Of a stretch of DNA of 50,558 nt, positions 26,278-39,729 are shown one piece after another. The notes under the pieces are model-generated. The model made no database searches, had not been told where the DNA came from, and saw nothing but the letters and a program-made list of their open reading frames with translations. The first letter of the stretch is position 1. Each line of letters opens with the position of its first letter. This DNA comes from Pelomyxa schiedti (Eukaryota; Protista; Evosea). The stretch is taken from the NCBI GenBank assembly GCA_020536535.1, contig JAHLWZ010000612.1, positions 1 through 50,558 of the forward strand, written 5' to 3'. The position numbers and the translations under genes were made by a program.

Positions 26278-26519
26278 GGAGGGAATCCAATGAAATAATG
26301 AAGAGCCATTGTGCAAGCTTTCATTGTAGATAAAGTTTCCCCTTTTCGTGGTCTCACTACCAAAACCTTTGAAGATAGCGTCACTTTAATTGTTTCACAC
26401 AATAGTAAGAAAAATGCAACCAGTCGTCGCCTTAACCCAGCGGGGTCGGCGCTGTTCCTCTTCATTGTGGGTAAGACTTTTGTTTGTTTAATCTGTAAAT
26501 ATTTTTGCCTTGTTCTCCA

Positions 26520-29500
26520 CTACAGGCTTAGTGCCTTGCTGAGGACTGTGGTGTGCTTGTGGTGGCGGCTGCGGGTTTCTTGGGTGGAGCGGCTCTCTCT
26601 GTCTCTTTCTGTTGTGTGTATGAGTTGGATGAATGAGCTTGGTGGTATTGATACCTTGGCGGACTTGTTGCACTCAATGCATAAGACCGGGCGGGCTGCG
26701 GCTGCTGCGGCCGATGCACTGCCACTGCCGGAAGAGTTCGCGGCTGCAATGGCGGCGGCTGGTGATATTTGCAGCGGTAGTGATATTCCGAGTACCTTTT
26801 GATTGGATCAGTTAAATAGTTTAGATTTATGAATCGGTAGCACACCTCATACTGACTGCGGAGACAGCGTGTATGGTACGAGTGTGGACAGGTGAATATG
26901 CACACATCTTCAAATGGTCGTTGGCCAAAGAGAAACCCGGAGCATACACAACACCTTAACCGTTATCAGCAAAAGAATGAAGTCGGTTCCCACATACTTT
27001 ATTTGCAGTGCTTTGGCACCTTTTTTGCGTGCAGCAAATAAGGTATCAAAAAGGCCAACGCAGTCAGCCTGTAGAATTGTAGTGCAACCCTGCCGCAGAG
27101 ACATCTTGATGCAGAGTTAAGTTCATTACTTCAAATGATGTAATGGAGACCTACTTCCAAATTGTGGTCAGCGAGTATTTTTACAAGTCTTTTCTGGAGG
27201 TTTTCAATATAAACGTGATCGGGAATCCTTCAAAACATAAATTCGGAGATGGAGTGGAGGGGAAAATACTGGCTTATCAAAGTGATGGGATCAAGAGGTC
27301 CCATATTGTCAAGAAGTGCTCCCAGGAATTCCCCGCCTGAGACTCCCTGAGAGGAAAAAAAAATTACGGTATGAGTAACAGTGTATATATACTCGCACTC
27401 ACATGAACAGAAGCTGCCTTGGCCGTGAGGTCGATTGCACGTTTTACCTGTGAGTTTGTTTAGGAATTATTTTTCTATTTTCCTTTTTATCCGTACAAAG
27501 AGGTTCCACAACTCGGGGTCGTTTTGTGATTGTACAAATTCGAGAGCCTTGGCAAGGAATTAGTTGAATTTGGCTACTACAAAATAATGAGCACCTCTTG
27601 TACATTCTGAACTTGGTACATCAAGATGTCAAGGGCATCTTCAAAATTGCCCATCCTTGAAAGAAGTAAAGCTTGCTCGGGGTACAAGTTCAACTTCTTG
27701 CATATTCCCAATGCTGGAAGGGTTATTTCATTAACTCACAGGCACTGCTAAGTCAAGAAGAACATTCAGGGGCGCACCCTCATCCAAGTCATAATGCACA
27801 CTGTGAATGAGAAACGGTCTCAGTGCCGGGTACTCATATTTTGCATAAAGCTCCACTTGTAATTTGTGGTATTCTTTCGTGGAATTTGGTTCCCGTTGGA
27901 AGAGTGTGTGTAAGTACTCATGAAGCAGTTTCTGATCGAAACGGCTCAGTTGTTGAACTGCTTGTGGAACCTGTTCCAGAGATTGTGAGGTTTAGGGACT
28001 TTGTGCGGAACCTGCATACTGCGATTTTGTCAGTGTTCGAGATGAGTAAATTCATTGTTTCTTTGGCATCGACTTGGAGAAGTTTATCAATCTGGTTGGA
28101 CACTGATTCATAGAGGTGATGTCTGTGAGAAAATATTAATACGACTATTGCCAGAAGGAGACATACTTTTCAATAAAATTAAACACGCCTCGATGCCTGA
28201 TGTCCAAGTAGATCTCAAGAGCTTTCTTTGGTTCGTTGTTGTTGGTGTACCTCAAGACAAGTGAGAGTTCAGGTAAAAGAAAAATCTAACACATACAATT
28301 GAGCAAGACCTAATTTATGTTTTTCAGTTGGAGTGATAGTTTTCATAGCAATGAAAATTTCTTTAACGTCAAACAGGGATTCCCAGGCTGAAATTAACTG
28401 CAAAAACCTATCTGGATCACCTGTTTATATTATGAGAGGCAATATAGTGGGGAAGGTTGCTCACATCGAAGGAAGTATATAATTACATTGGTGTACGTGA
28501 CAGTTTTGAGTGTGGGATTTCTGGTCGGAATATAATCAACTAATCTCTATATATAGACATTGGTCCACGATTGATTGGTGGTGGAATTTACCGCCATCTG
28601 TCCATGCTCTGTAAAAGTTATGATCCACTTTTCCCAGAGTTCTGGATCAGAGCCTAAAGTTTCTACACAAACTCTTACAGCCTTGGGGTAATCTTGTTTT
28701 GCTGTTAAGTGTTAGACTAATTAGCACCCGTGAAGGTAAACTACAAATCAAGTCATTCAGATAGCTCTCCACAATTCGGGCATATTTCTTGGCGCCTTCT
28801 GGAGTGCTCTTTTCATGTTCACACTCCATAAGTGCTTCAGCAAATCTAGCAAGGGTAGAAAATTGGCCCAACCAGGGAGGGTAGGATGATACTTGTGCTT
28901 TTCAAGCAACCAGTCAATGTGGTCATCCATGTCTCGGGGTCTGGCAACAACGATATCCTTTGGTGCCACCAAAAAGAACATGGCCTCCTCTAGTGAATAC
29001 TCGAGTCTGTATGCTGTTGCCTACTTTTTGTTTTAAAATCGAAAAACCGTCGATTTTGTCACAAACGTGATAGTCCTTATATCCTTCAACTGGTACTGCA
29101 TCAGACACAAATTCCCTACCACCTCTTGACATAACTCTGAGTTCTGGGTGGTACCTGTAGGCATGTAAATTCGAACTTAATTTGTTTGCCGGTAAACCTT
29201 TCTGGTACCCCCACAACAGGTCTTCCCTCTGGATCGGTATTCTCTTCAATGTACGCCAGTAGGACAAGCTGACTTCCATATGGAGCGACTCCGCTGATGA
29301 AAAAGTCCGTCTTAAACCTTGAATGTCATTAAGGGGGAAATTATGTGAAGAGAATAAACTTGGCTGATATTTGCAAAAAGAACCCTGCTTGGTCTGTTGG
29401 GGGTCTCTCCTTGGAAAAGTTGTTGGTATAAAGTGTGTGAGAAGGAAAATGTAACCTTGACTTCGCAAATTTTAACACCATCGGCCCATCCAATAATAAG

Positions 29501-31186
29501 TGTGCGCTCATCTTCCCAACACAAACAACACCTGAGATGGTTGGGAAATAAAACAGTTACAAGTGAACAACGAACCGATATAAATCTGGGCGAGGAGAAC
29601 CTGGTTCCCTCGGAACAGTTCCAATTTGTTGATTTGAGGAGACATCCCAGACACGGATGCCTGTGTCATTTGCCCAAGCAATGAACTGTCTGTGTGTTTT
29701 ATGTAATTGTATACAATAAGCGAAAAGCGTACCCCTTCCACTTGATTGTGTGAATTGCACCTTGCCCCTGGTGTATCACACAATCTTGTGTCGTGAGCAC
29801 TCCTGAAATGTTGAGTGAGACATTGCACTATAGAAAGGATCTTTCACCTTTTACATTTACCATCAAATGTCCAGATGACCCACCCACACAATACTGGCGG
29901 GTATTCTTTCGACCATAATTTGGGTCTATTGAAACCGCCTTTATTGGCCTATGGTACTCACACATAATAACTTCTTTTGCCATCAGGGCATTAATCACAA
30001 CTCGACCTTGGTGAAGAATGAGTGCAGTATAACAGGATATGATAAACAGTACCATCTTCTGAGCAACTTGCGAGGTAGGCACCGGTGCCATCAATACTAA
30101 TTTCGTTTACAGTGTAGTGGTGGCTCCTACGAACTATTAGCACTAAAACCTTTAAGAAGAATAAAGAAAATACTCAAAAGAGCTGGTTTGATTGCCTTGA
30201 AAATCGAGGATGAAAATCTTTCCTGTGTGCGTTCCCAAGGCCTGAATTTCTTGGTGAATGGAACATGGGGAAAAAAGTGAGCACATACAAGAAATTTAGC
30301 ATGTATGGCAATACAAGAGGCATTATTACTCCTAAGAATTTCGGGAACATTTCCTCCCTTCAAGAGTAAGGTTTTTCTTTTCGCCTTCAACGGCACATAC
30401 CAATCTTGTGTACTTGAGCTGTGGCTCAAGTTCCTCTTCATCCTCTTCCCCTTCATCATCATAATCGTTGTCCATGGAGTCTGATTCCTGGGGAGGGAAG
30501 AATTATTATGAAGAATGAGTTTTTCCCAAACATACAGGAAGAAACCCAGTCGTTAGAGAAGAACCGACACTTGGTAAGCCCAGAGACCCCAGGGACGGCG
30601 GTGGATTGGAGGTAGTTGGTGTTGTTGAAGTAGGAAGAGACGGCCCGAAGGCCTTCGAAATTGCTGGCTGTGCCGCAGTCGGATTTACTGCCGTTTGAGG
30701 GGCACTTGCAGTCGCAGTCACAGGTGCCGGTGTGTACTGTGTCGTTTGTGGTAGCGATTGCACAGCCAGCGGCGAAGGCGAAGGTCTGGAATACGCAGCA
30801 CCTCCGGGAGTTGTGTGTGTGTATGCAGCAGTATATGCCGGTGTGCTGTATTGCACTGGCGCGGTCGTCGTGGTCCTCCTCACGCCCCCGGGAGGCTGCT
30901 GGGAGGTCGTGGATGAGAGACCGACACGAGTGGCGGCTGGTGTGGTGGTGCTGCTGTGGACTGCAGTGGGTGTGTTTGTTGTTGTTGTTTGCTGTGCTTG
31001 TGCCGCCGGCTGCGGAGCCGATACTACCGGTCTTTGTTGAGGTGTGGAGCCGCTACTACCGGTGCTGCTGCTCGCGGCAACGAGGGGGCTGCTCGTGGGC
31101 GTTGCGCGCGGGTGAGTGGCGGTTGAGTGCGTGGTGGTTAGGCCCGCCGTAGCACGCTTGAACGCATCTGCTGCTCCTTTGAACAT
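26520..31186 (-). CDS. VPS41: VPS41 homologue copy B, full length (HOPS subunit; S/T/P/Q-rich N-terminal extension)
   Basis: EEEPEPQLKYTRL, LGTHTGKIFILDFQGN, LASCSEDG, IAWANDTGIRVWD, LIIGWAD, FFLVAPKDIVVARPRDMDDHIDWLL, C-terminal RING-H2. Confidence 0.9.
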
Positions 31187-31476
31187 GATGATCTTTACCG
31201 GTTAAAACTTTACCAAGTTAGTTTTCCTTTCAGTTAACTGGCGCAGGGGAAACAGGGAATAGGATTAGAACTCACACACCGCACTCCTTCTATCCGCCTT
31301 TCTAAACTCTTCTTTAACGAGGCTGTTCCATGTGATTCGGATAGCAAATCTGATAGCTCGTATAGAAATCCATCACACCTCGCCACACAGGGCGAATAAA
31401 AACGAACTTCCTCATTGTGGTGTGGAAGGTCTTGTGGTTTGATCTCTCTCTATCTTTCTGAGAATCCAGCATGAGG

Positions 31477-32679
31477 CTATGGCTGATGGTGGATTGTTAG
31501 CCTTGCTTCTGCCATTGGTTTGCCTGTCAGGGCGTCGTGAATGGTGAGCGTAATGTTGTTTGAAGATCTTTGCAGGAGTGAAGGGTAGATCGCTTTACAT
31601 GTGGAGTCCAGAAACACCTTTGTTGGGTAATTGTCAGGGGGTACCGCGAATGAAGGTTGTTGTGCCCAAATAGATGAAGCACAGGAATACACTTCACAAA
31701 TCGAGCAAGAACTTCTCAAGGCAGTGATGTGGGCATGTGGTAATACGTAGACATTTTTGTATTTTTCGGAGGGGAATGTGTGCACAAGTTCCCCAGTGAC
31801 AGTGTTGTAAACCTTGTAAGTGCCACTCAGGCAGTGCAGAGTGACGATTGTTGTTGGTGAAGACCAAAGCAAGTCAAAGGCATCTCCGTACGGGAGACAA
31901 ACTCTTCTCTTGCTCTCCACAGTTCCCCCACTTTCAATGCTTTTCTCCAGGTCCACGAAGGAAACCCGTGCCCTGTCACTACAACCAACAATGAGCAGCT
32001 CATCACCAAAAGGCTCAAACGGAGAGAACCCGCCACCTGCACAATTCTTCAGCGCAGTGCCCTGCACGCCCACGCCGTCACTCACAGGAAGTCCATTTCC
32101 CATCCTCCACACAATCAACTTGCTCTCCGAATCAACATCATATTGAATCCACACAAGCCACTTGCTGTTCACAACCCAAAACCCTAACGGGTCCCGCTGT
32201 TGCTCGCCATCAAGCGTTGCAACGGTGCGCCCATTTCTGTCAACAATGACTGCACTCCCCTCGTAGGAACTGGCCACGAACCTGTTCTCACCCACACACG
32301 CCTCGATGTCCCTCAGCATCGACGAGCCCTCGTCCAGCCACGTGCACCACACCACGCCCAGTGTTGCACTCACGCCCATGAACATATGAACCTGCACGCT
32401 TCTGGCCTCTGGGTCAGTCCCATCGGTGGGCGTACCAGTGCCGGCAGCCACTGGGAACGACACAGTTGTTCCAAGCTGCCTGCAGCAACCGACGACCCAG
32501 TCGCGGCCGAACGACTCACACAAATCGCGATTGTGGGACAGCGACCTTGCGGGGCTCCCGACACCGCACCTCTCGATGCCCGAACTCGCAAACGCAACGA
32601 ACTGCGATCGTGCGTCGATCACGACGTTACTCGCTGTCACTGTTGCTGTGGGCATTGTGCCACTGCTCCGACGTTTCAA
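31477..32679 (-). CDS. Family B intronless hypothetical protein (~400 aa)
   Basis: Uninterrupted ORF with IDARSQFVAFASSGIERCGVGSPARSL, GVSATLGVV, NSKWLV and HDALTG. Confidence 0.82.
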   Translation of the reverse strand: MKRRSSGTMPTATVTASNVVIDARSQFVAFASSGIERCGVGSPARSLSHNRDLCESFGRDWVVGCCRQLGTTVSFPVAAGTGTPTDGTDPEARSVQVHMFMGVSATLGVVWCTWLDEGSSMLRDIEACVGENRFVASSYEGSAVIVDRNGRTVATLDGEQQRDPLGFWVVNSKWLVWIQYDVDSESKLIVWRMGNGLPVSDGVGVQGTALKNCAGGGFSPFEPFGDELLIVGCSDRARVSFVDLEKSIESGGTVESKRRVCLPYGDAFDLLWSSPTTIVTLHCLSGTYKVYNTVTGELVHTFPSEKYKNVYVLPHAHITALRSSCSICEVYSCASSIWAQQPSFAVPPDNYPTKVFLDSTCKAIYPSLLQRSSNNITLTIHDALTGKPMAEARLTIHHQP

Positions 32680-33664
32680 ATTCCCACTTCTGGAGAAAGA
32701 GAGCTCTTGTAGTATTGGATTAAGAGAAAAGTATCTTTTCTTTCTAAACGAACGTTGAGACTGTGGGAGTTTGGGTGATGGAACCCCAGAGAAGAGACTG
32801 GGGAACCGTGAAGAGCCTCAATAACCGGTTGAATTAGCCTGAGTGCGGTGTTTGTTCCCGAAGGGTCAAGTAACCAATGCATATGTGAAGGGAAGTCAGA
32901 AGAGTGGTAAGTAATTTGATTGGGGCATTTACTTGGGGGATTGAGACCCCCCAGAGTTCCTACAGCCTGCTTGCCAAAGTAAGGGCTTCTTGTGTGGAAG
33001 CCAGCCTGACACAAAATAATGGATTGTTGTTGAAGAACAATCCAACCACTCACCAACACCGTCCCCACCGCCGCCACCATGATCATCCTCGGCAGCATGA
33101 ATGCCAATCAGCACACACCAGAGAGTATCAAACATCATCGTCGGCACCACCAGCTCATATCCTGAAACCTGGCATGGGGAAAAACCCAACTGAGAAAGAA
33201 ACACGACACACAACGCGACAAACAAATGAAAAACCCAAAGCAGAGGGAACACGTCGTGAGACCCCCACAGCACAGCACAGCACAGCATGACACTGGTCGC
33301 AGCCCCGCATGACTTCTTTATTGTGTCGGTAATTCTCTTTGGAAATAGAGATCTCCTTTGTTTTTCACTTCATGAGTCTCAGCCTGTGGTGCTGCTTTGT
33401 GGTGACGCTGAACAACAGGGTGTGTGAGTTGCTCTCACTCACACCAACCAAACAGGAGCACACAAGGAACGGTTCCCGTCATTACAGCACTTTTTATCAC
33501 AATTTCAGTTGTTGTGTAGCCGGGGACGCGTGGCGTTGTGGCACCGACGCCAATAACACAGTACAGTAACTGCAACGGCATACAAGGACAGGGACAGGAG
33601 ATCCCCACATACATACGTACATCACAGATCGTTTGTTGTTGATAGGGAGTAGCTACTAGTAGAG

Positions 33665-35024
33665 ATGCTGTGCGAGGAAGTGTTTTGCGTAGGCATGGCG
33701 TGGTTTTTGTCGCTTGGGGGTTTCGCGAGCGTAATCGCGTGTGAGTGGGTACCCTGGAGAATGTGGAACTCATGGTTCGGCCTCGCTAACATTATTTTCA
33801 TCACTGGTTTGTTGATGTAGTGTTGTACTGTGAATAGTATAAGTTGTAATTACCAAAGTGTTGGTTGTACTTTTTTTGTTTGTCTGTGTGTATCTCACTT
33901 TTCTTTGTCTTGTAGTTGTTGAATCATTGAATGTGTATTCGTATTACAGTGCTATTATGACTGAGCCTGGAAGAGTACCTCCGGGATGGGCACGTATCCA
34001 TATTTTTTCCAATCCTACCTAATTGAAAGCTACGACTCAGAGACCCGAGGCAACAGAGGAAGAAATGGCCACGGCTCAAGCAGCTGCATTAGCTTCACTT
34101 ACGGAGAAGGTTCAGTATTCCCATATTTTGGTTTACCTTACTCTATTAGAAAAGAGAAAAGAAATTGGGTCTTCGTGATCCTGCGTCCTTGGTGAATCGT
34201 CTGCGGTATTGTACAAAATGTTCACAATGGAAACCTCCCAGAGCCCACCACTGCAGTGACTGTGAACACTGTGTTTTGAGGATGGATCATCATTGCCCTT
34301 GTATTCAGTCTCTTCAACTTCCTCTTTTAATTGTCCAAAAGGGATTGGGAACTGTGTTGGTCATTACAATCACAAGTATTTCGTTCTATTTCTATTTTAT
34401 GCCAGTCTTGGGTTGGCCTACGGCGTTTTGAGCCATATTGTTGGAATTGTATCCTTTTTGGCTCACCAGGTTTCTTACTCGAGTAAACCCTTTCAATTAA
34501 CCCCTTTCCAGGACAAGCATGCACCTTTCGATGTAACTGTAATTTTCATGGTTGTCAGCATTACCATTATGTTTCCTCTTACAATGGGGCTCAGTAGGCT
34601 TGCCCATGAAATCTATTATTAATTTACCCAATGCACAGTGTCCCTCCTTTTTTGGCAACTGTCTCTGGCCTGGTCTAACATGACCGGAATTGAAGATATG
34701 GTGCGAAAAAAGCTTCCCTTTTCTTGCACTAACCTTAGTACAGTACAATGATAGTGCAATACGAGTAGCAAGACGCGAAAACAAAGTAATTACCTCATTA
34801 TTTTACCAATATTTCTTACTTTTTACAGAAATACTTCTTCCCCTATGATCTGGTACATCAGTCCTTCGTCTTGTTTCTTCTAACTGGTTTTGCAGGGAAT
34901 AACACAGAACCTATATGCATTTTTTGGTTCCACCGTTTGGATGTGGTTTCTCCCCACAAAACCTAGTCCCGGGACAGGAACAAGCTACAAACTGAACCCA
35001 AACTACAGCTTTCATGATGCATAA
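33665..35024 (+). CDS. DHHC-type protein S-acyl (palmitoyl) transferase (multi-exon)
   Basis: TM segments, [41 protein letters not shown]|[24 protein letters not shown]|GITQNL...FG...WFLP. Confidence 0.95.
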
Positions 35025-35072
35025 CACTAATTGTGTCTTTTCTGGTAAATGTACACAAAACCGTTTGTTTGT

Positions 35073-38000
35073 TTATAAATTGCCATGAATTACAGTAGTT
35101 TTTTGTTGTTGTGAGTGAATCCTTGATATAACTTTGGTGTGACAAGAAGGGCACAAGAACCTGTCCCTCAATCTGGTAAATGAAGACGTTTTATCTCCAA
35201 AAGGCACCTATATTTCCTGTTAACAGCAATCACCATAACCACACTATCTCCTTCATTGAAATAATTTCGAATTTATGTAGAAGCTATCTTTTTCTAGTGT
35301 CATACCTGGCACAAGGAGCAACACAAGCAGACAGTGTGACAGTATCTACCATCAATATTAACAGCAAAGGATCCCCCTGGTATTGTCTTCTGACATACAA
35401 AGCAATTTGTGTCCTGCAGTGGTCTGTTATTGTTGTTGTTACGGGAATAACACCCGGGGCAGTAGAACCGGCCCTGTGTCTGTGTTTGAGGGTTAGTCGT
35501 AAAGGGGAATTATGAAGGAGAAATGATACTATTCCAAAGCTAGAGGGTGTGTTGGAACCGCAAGTGTGACATACAATACAGTCACTGTGTACTTTCATGT
35601 TCCGGCCTGGAATCTGGGTGCCGGTTGGTTTGTTTTGTTTTGCTTTGCTTTAGTAATATATGTATATGGGGAAGAAGCTACATACAAGCTTGTGGGGGGT
35701 AGCGGGTGTGATTGCGGTGTTGCATGCCATGCAGAGGTCTTCTGGAAACGGAGGAGGTGGTATGAATGCGGATTCCGGAGTGAGAGAGGGGGGAACGGGG
35801 CTGGGGCAGGGAGGGGGACTGTCATTCCGCGTTCCTTGTTCTTCATACGGCGTTGTATCTGTCTTTGGAAGTGGTGGAGGATTGAGTGACAGTGCCGTTT
35901 GGAGCATTTGGTCATATGACTGTAGTTCTCGTGGGGATTCTATCGGTGATGTGTACTCCATATCTGGTGAGAGCTCTGTTTCTGCGGGCAGAGGAAGGTC
36001 TGTCTCGGGAAGAGAGAGATCCGCATCTGGAAGAGACTCTGTGAATGACTCGGGAGAGTTCTCCATGACGGTTAGAAGTTCCATCAAGTAAGATTGCATG
36101 CGTTCCTGCTGCTTGAGTGCTCTGTTTCTCGTTCTATTTTCCTTGAGTAGTTGGTGGTGAAGCCTTTGGCGTTCTTCCTGTTGCTTTCGGAGTTCGTGGA
36201 ATTGTGCTACTGCTTCTTGCTTTAACTGTTCATCAGACAAATGGTTAAGAAGGCTTGATCTTCGCTTTCGTTGTTTTTGCAGTTCGTTTTGCTGTTGTTG
36301 GAGTTGCTGAATCACTTCAAGCTGGGCATCAATTGGAATAGTCTCCCCTGATGAAAAGTCTTTGTCATTAATTGGCGGTGATATGTGATCGAAGCCAGGG
36401 CTTCCTTCCTCACAGAGAACTGGTGGTTTGAATTCACCTTGCAGAACAGTGCTCTCGGGGGGCGGAACTTGTTCACTGGAAATTTTAGGTGGTCCTTCCG
36501 CTGGCGGGTTCTCTGATAATGCATCCACTACTTGGTCTGATGGGGGGCCAAGAAGTGAATGACAAGGGGCAGTAGGGCACGAGAGTTGTGGCTTACGACA
36601 TCGGGTGTGAATGCATGGTGGGGCCACCGGGGAAATCTCCGAGGGAGAGGTGGGTGGGTCTAGGGGAGGACGTGGGCTCCTGGTTTGTGGGAATTGTGGC
36701 TTAAGTACTTGGAGGCATTCAGGGAGAGCCGGGCTGGATAAGCAAGGTCTCACGGGGCTCTGAGTCAGTATGATGATGGATAACTCCAGTAATACTGGTG
36801 GTGTGGGAGTTCCAAGAGGGGGCCTGGTGGAACTTGCAATTGCTCTTCTCGTTTGTCTGAGGCACTGAACTGCGGTAGGGGTCACTCTGGTTGATATAAC
36901 TGAGAAGCTCCGTAGCCGTTGTAGGTCCATGGGCTTCTCAGGCTCAGTTTTTTTAGAGAGATGGTCCATTGGACCACATGGACAGGTTGCCTCACTAGTG
37001 CATCAGTTATTTGTATAAATATTGATTTGAGATTACCCAAGGATGCAACTACAAACAGGTACTGGTGTATCCTTCTGTGTGAGCATAGGAGGACAGATAA
37101 CACAAGGAGTCAGTGTGGGTTTTGGGGGTGGAGTCCTGGGAGGGGGTTCGGGGTGAATGCAGTTATTGTACAACACTATTTCGGATAGGCAGGGTCTTTG
37201 GGACCGAGAAATTTGCGGCATCATCTCCGGAATCAGTTGCACTGGAAGTGTGGGAGTACAAAGGGCCGGTCTCATCTGGAAAATTTCGGGTCGAATCTCT
37301 GTAAATAATGTTAAATTGAGAATTACAGGGATATTACTTAGGAGGAGTACTTTTGGGAGTGAGAAAGGGAGTAACACTGCCAGAGAGGTGTTCCTTACAA
37401 AACATAGACATCTCTGAGAGGCAAAACTTAATCTAAGCACGAATGATTTGCTATTATTATTTATCCTTGGCAGTACTTGAATTGCATGATCAAATGGATA
37501 AGGAAGTGCTAATTGGGAACCAGAGGGACCACAGGCACTACAAATAAAGCACTCATTATGCCAAAAAAATCTTTCCTCCAGTTTTTCCCCAATTCGTCTC
37601 ACAATGTAGTTTTCATCTTCTATCAACTGATCACATGCCAGGCACGAGGGAGTCAAATCTTGCAAAACCTAGTGTTGTTTGAATCTCATTTTTCGAAGAC
37701 AGGGAGATACTCTTTTATTATTAGCTTGCAGAGCTGAAACTTTGTAGTTAAATCCCTGTGCCGGTATTAATTGTTTTTACTAATGACAACAGGAAAATTA
37801 CATCGCAGGTAGAGCACCTCGGAAACTTCTGAGTGTAATCATCGGCGGGAAGAGGAGTGTCACAGTGAATACAAGAGATGCACCCAGCGTGCCTGTTTCA
37901 TAGTGAGCTCACAAACTGCCACAATAGTTACCATAGAGAATCTTTTACAATGCAGGTTTTGCTACCGGCTGTGACTTCGGTGAGGCATTTTGGACATACC

Positions 38001-39238
38001 GGTACTATGGTAGTATCAGAGATCTCAGGCTCTGGCCATGTTACTGATACAAAAAGAGGAGACGAAGACAGTACCAGTATCCACAATAAGTGGTTGCGTG
38101 GAAAGAAGGACCTTGAGTGTGGGGGTCACTAAAAACTGCTGAAATGAATCTAGATCATAGATCAGAGCGTTGACAGAAGTTGAAAAAAAAGTACCAGACT
38201 GCATCATTTTTTTCATTTCTTCCTGTGCAGAATCGTATATATCCACAGGAAAGTTATCTAAAAAAGATGATAAATGGAAATTTATTGTTAAGGTAGTGAA
38301 ACTTGAGTTGACTTGGGAGGTGATTTCCATGAGAACGGTCCCCGGGATGTTGATTTGTTGAGGGGAATCTTCACATACGAAGTGTGTATAAATATCCATT
38401 ACCATTTCTTTCCAAGAATCGGAGGTGCCTAACTTTTGTTACCAAGCCAAACTGCGGTGAACAGGAAAGTGCACACCACACCAAGCAGGAGACGTACTCA
38501 AGTCAGCATCTGGTGACTCACTGTTGAATAAATGGGCAGTAGACTTGAGTAACTCTACTGCATCATAGAAGTCCATCACTTCACTGCATTTTTTTGTTTC
38601 AAGGTACAATGAATATGCCTCCTTGTAGACAGGGTTTCTAAGAACCTGATTTTTTTTTTTACAAGGCAAATTAAGTGAAGGATAAATAAATCAGACACGC
38701 TCTCCCCAGAACGCAGACTTCAAAACATTTTAAAAAAAAGGAAAAAAAAAAAAAGCCTAGTAACCTGAGATAGAGTAACACTCTTAGGATTGGGATTTGA
38801 AATAGCAGCACTGTTTTGTTTAGCATCGCCCCGTGGTTCCATCAATGGTTGCATAGTCAAAATAGTACAACACCCGTCCCCATTTTCTCCCCCATAATCC
38901 TCCCCCGTCCCACCCCCACTCCCACCACCACCACCACCCCCGCCCCCGCTACTATCAACAACACCAGCACGCCTGGGAGCCGGCGGCGGCGACGCAGACG
39001 CGTGCCACTGCGAGTGCGGCTGCGGCTGCGGCTGCGGTGCCGAGGACGCCGCGAGGGACAGCGGCGGCGGGGGCGGAGGAGGGGGCGGCGACGACGAGTA
39101 CGACGGCGGCGGGGGCGTGCTGGCCTGCGAGGGTCCGAAGGGTGGCGTGGACTGCGGCGGAGTCGACTGAGACTGGAAGAGGGCCCCGACAACTACGGCT
39201 GGCGCCGCGGCCTTGAGCTTGTTGCGCAGTCCCTTCAT
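35073..39238 (-). CDS. RGS domain protein with four LIM domains and a central Pro-rich/coiled-coil region (multi-exon)
   Basis: RGS: YSLYLETKKCSEVMDFYDAV, DIYTHFVCEDSPQQINIP, IYDSAQEE...DSFQQFL. LIMs: CPKC..HAGCISCIHC; CLAC..WHNECFICSAC; CMAC..HSDCIVCHTC..YCPGC; CFVC..CHTVCLCCSLC..LCPSC. Confidence 0.85.
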
Positions 39239-39729
39239 CACTACCACACCTCCTCAGCTTCGGCTTAGGGGAATTCCAACGGCTGGTTTTCTGTGTTGCT
39301 TCCAGAATGAATGGCATTGAACCGTGGATCGGGGCACCGAGTGAGCAAGAAGATGACGATGAACCACCACTCCATTAATGGACTAGGCTGCAAGATGAGT
39401 GTTCAATGGGTTTTTTAGCTGAGAGTGATGTGTTCGTCTCAAATGCTCTTTCAAGGATGCCTTTTCGTTCGGTCCGGTCTTTTCCCAAATGTGACAAGTC
39501 CTGACATCAGTGGTTGTTTCGTGCATCGCAATTGGAACCCGCCTAATGCCAGATCCACTTCCCAATCAGAGAAGCCCTTCACATTCACCTAAGACGGGCG
39601 CCACAAAGGCAACAAACAGACCAACACGAACAACGGTTGACACTTCTCGGCCACCAATCACGCAATCCAAAGGGGACCAGGGGGCACAAAGGACACACTG
39701 GGGAGACACCAAAACACGCGCAATTCATT

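Noticed and set aside
32676-33290. ORFs of 119-143 aa between the family B gene and the DHHC gene
   Set aside because: No motifs or convincing exon structure.
38816-39317. Arg-rich protamine-like ORFs
   Set aside because: Alternative frames of the GC-rich Pro/Gly N-terminal exon of the RGS-LIM gene.
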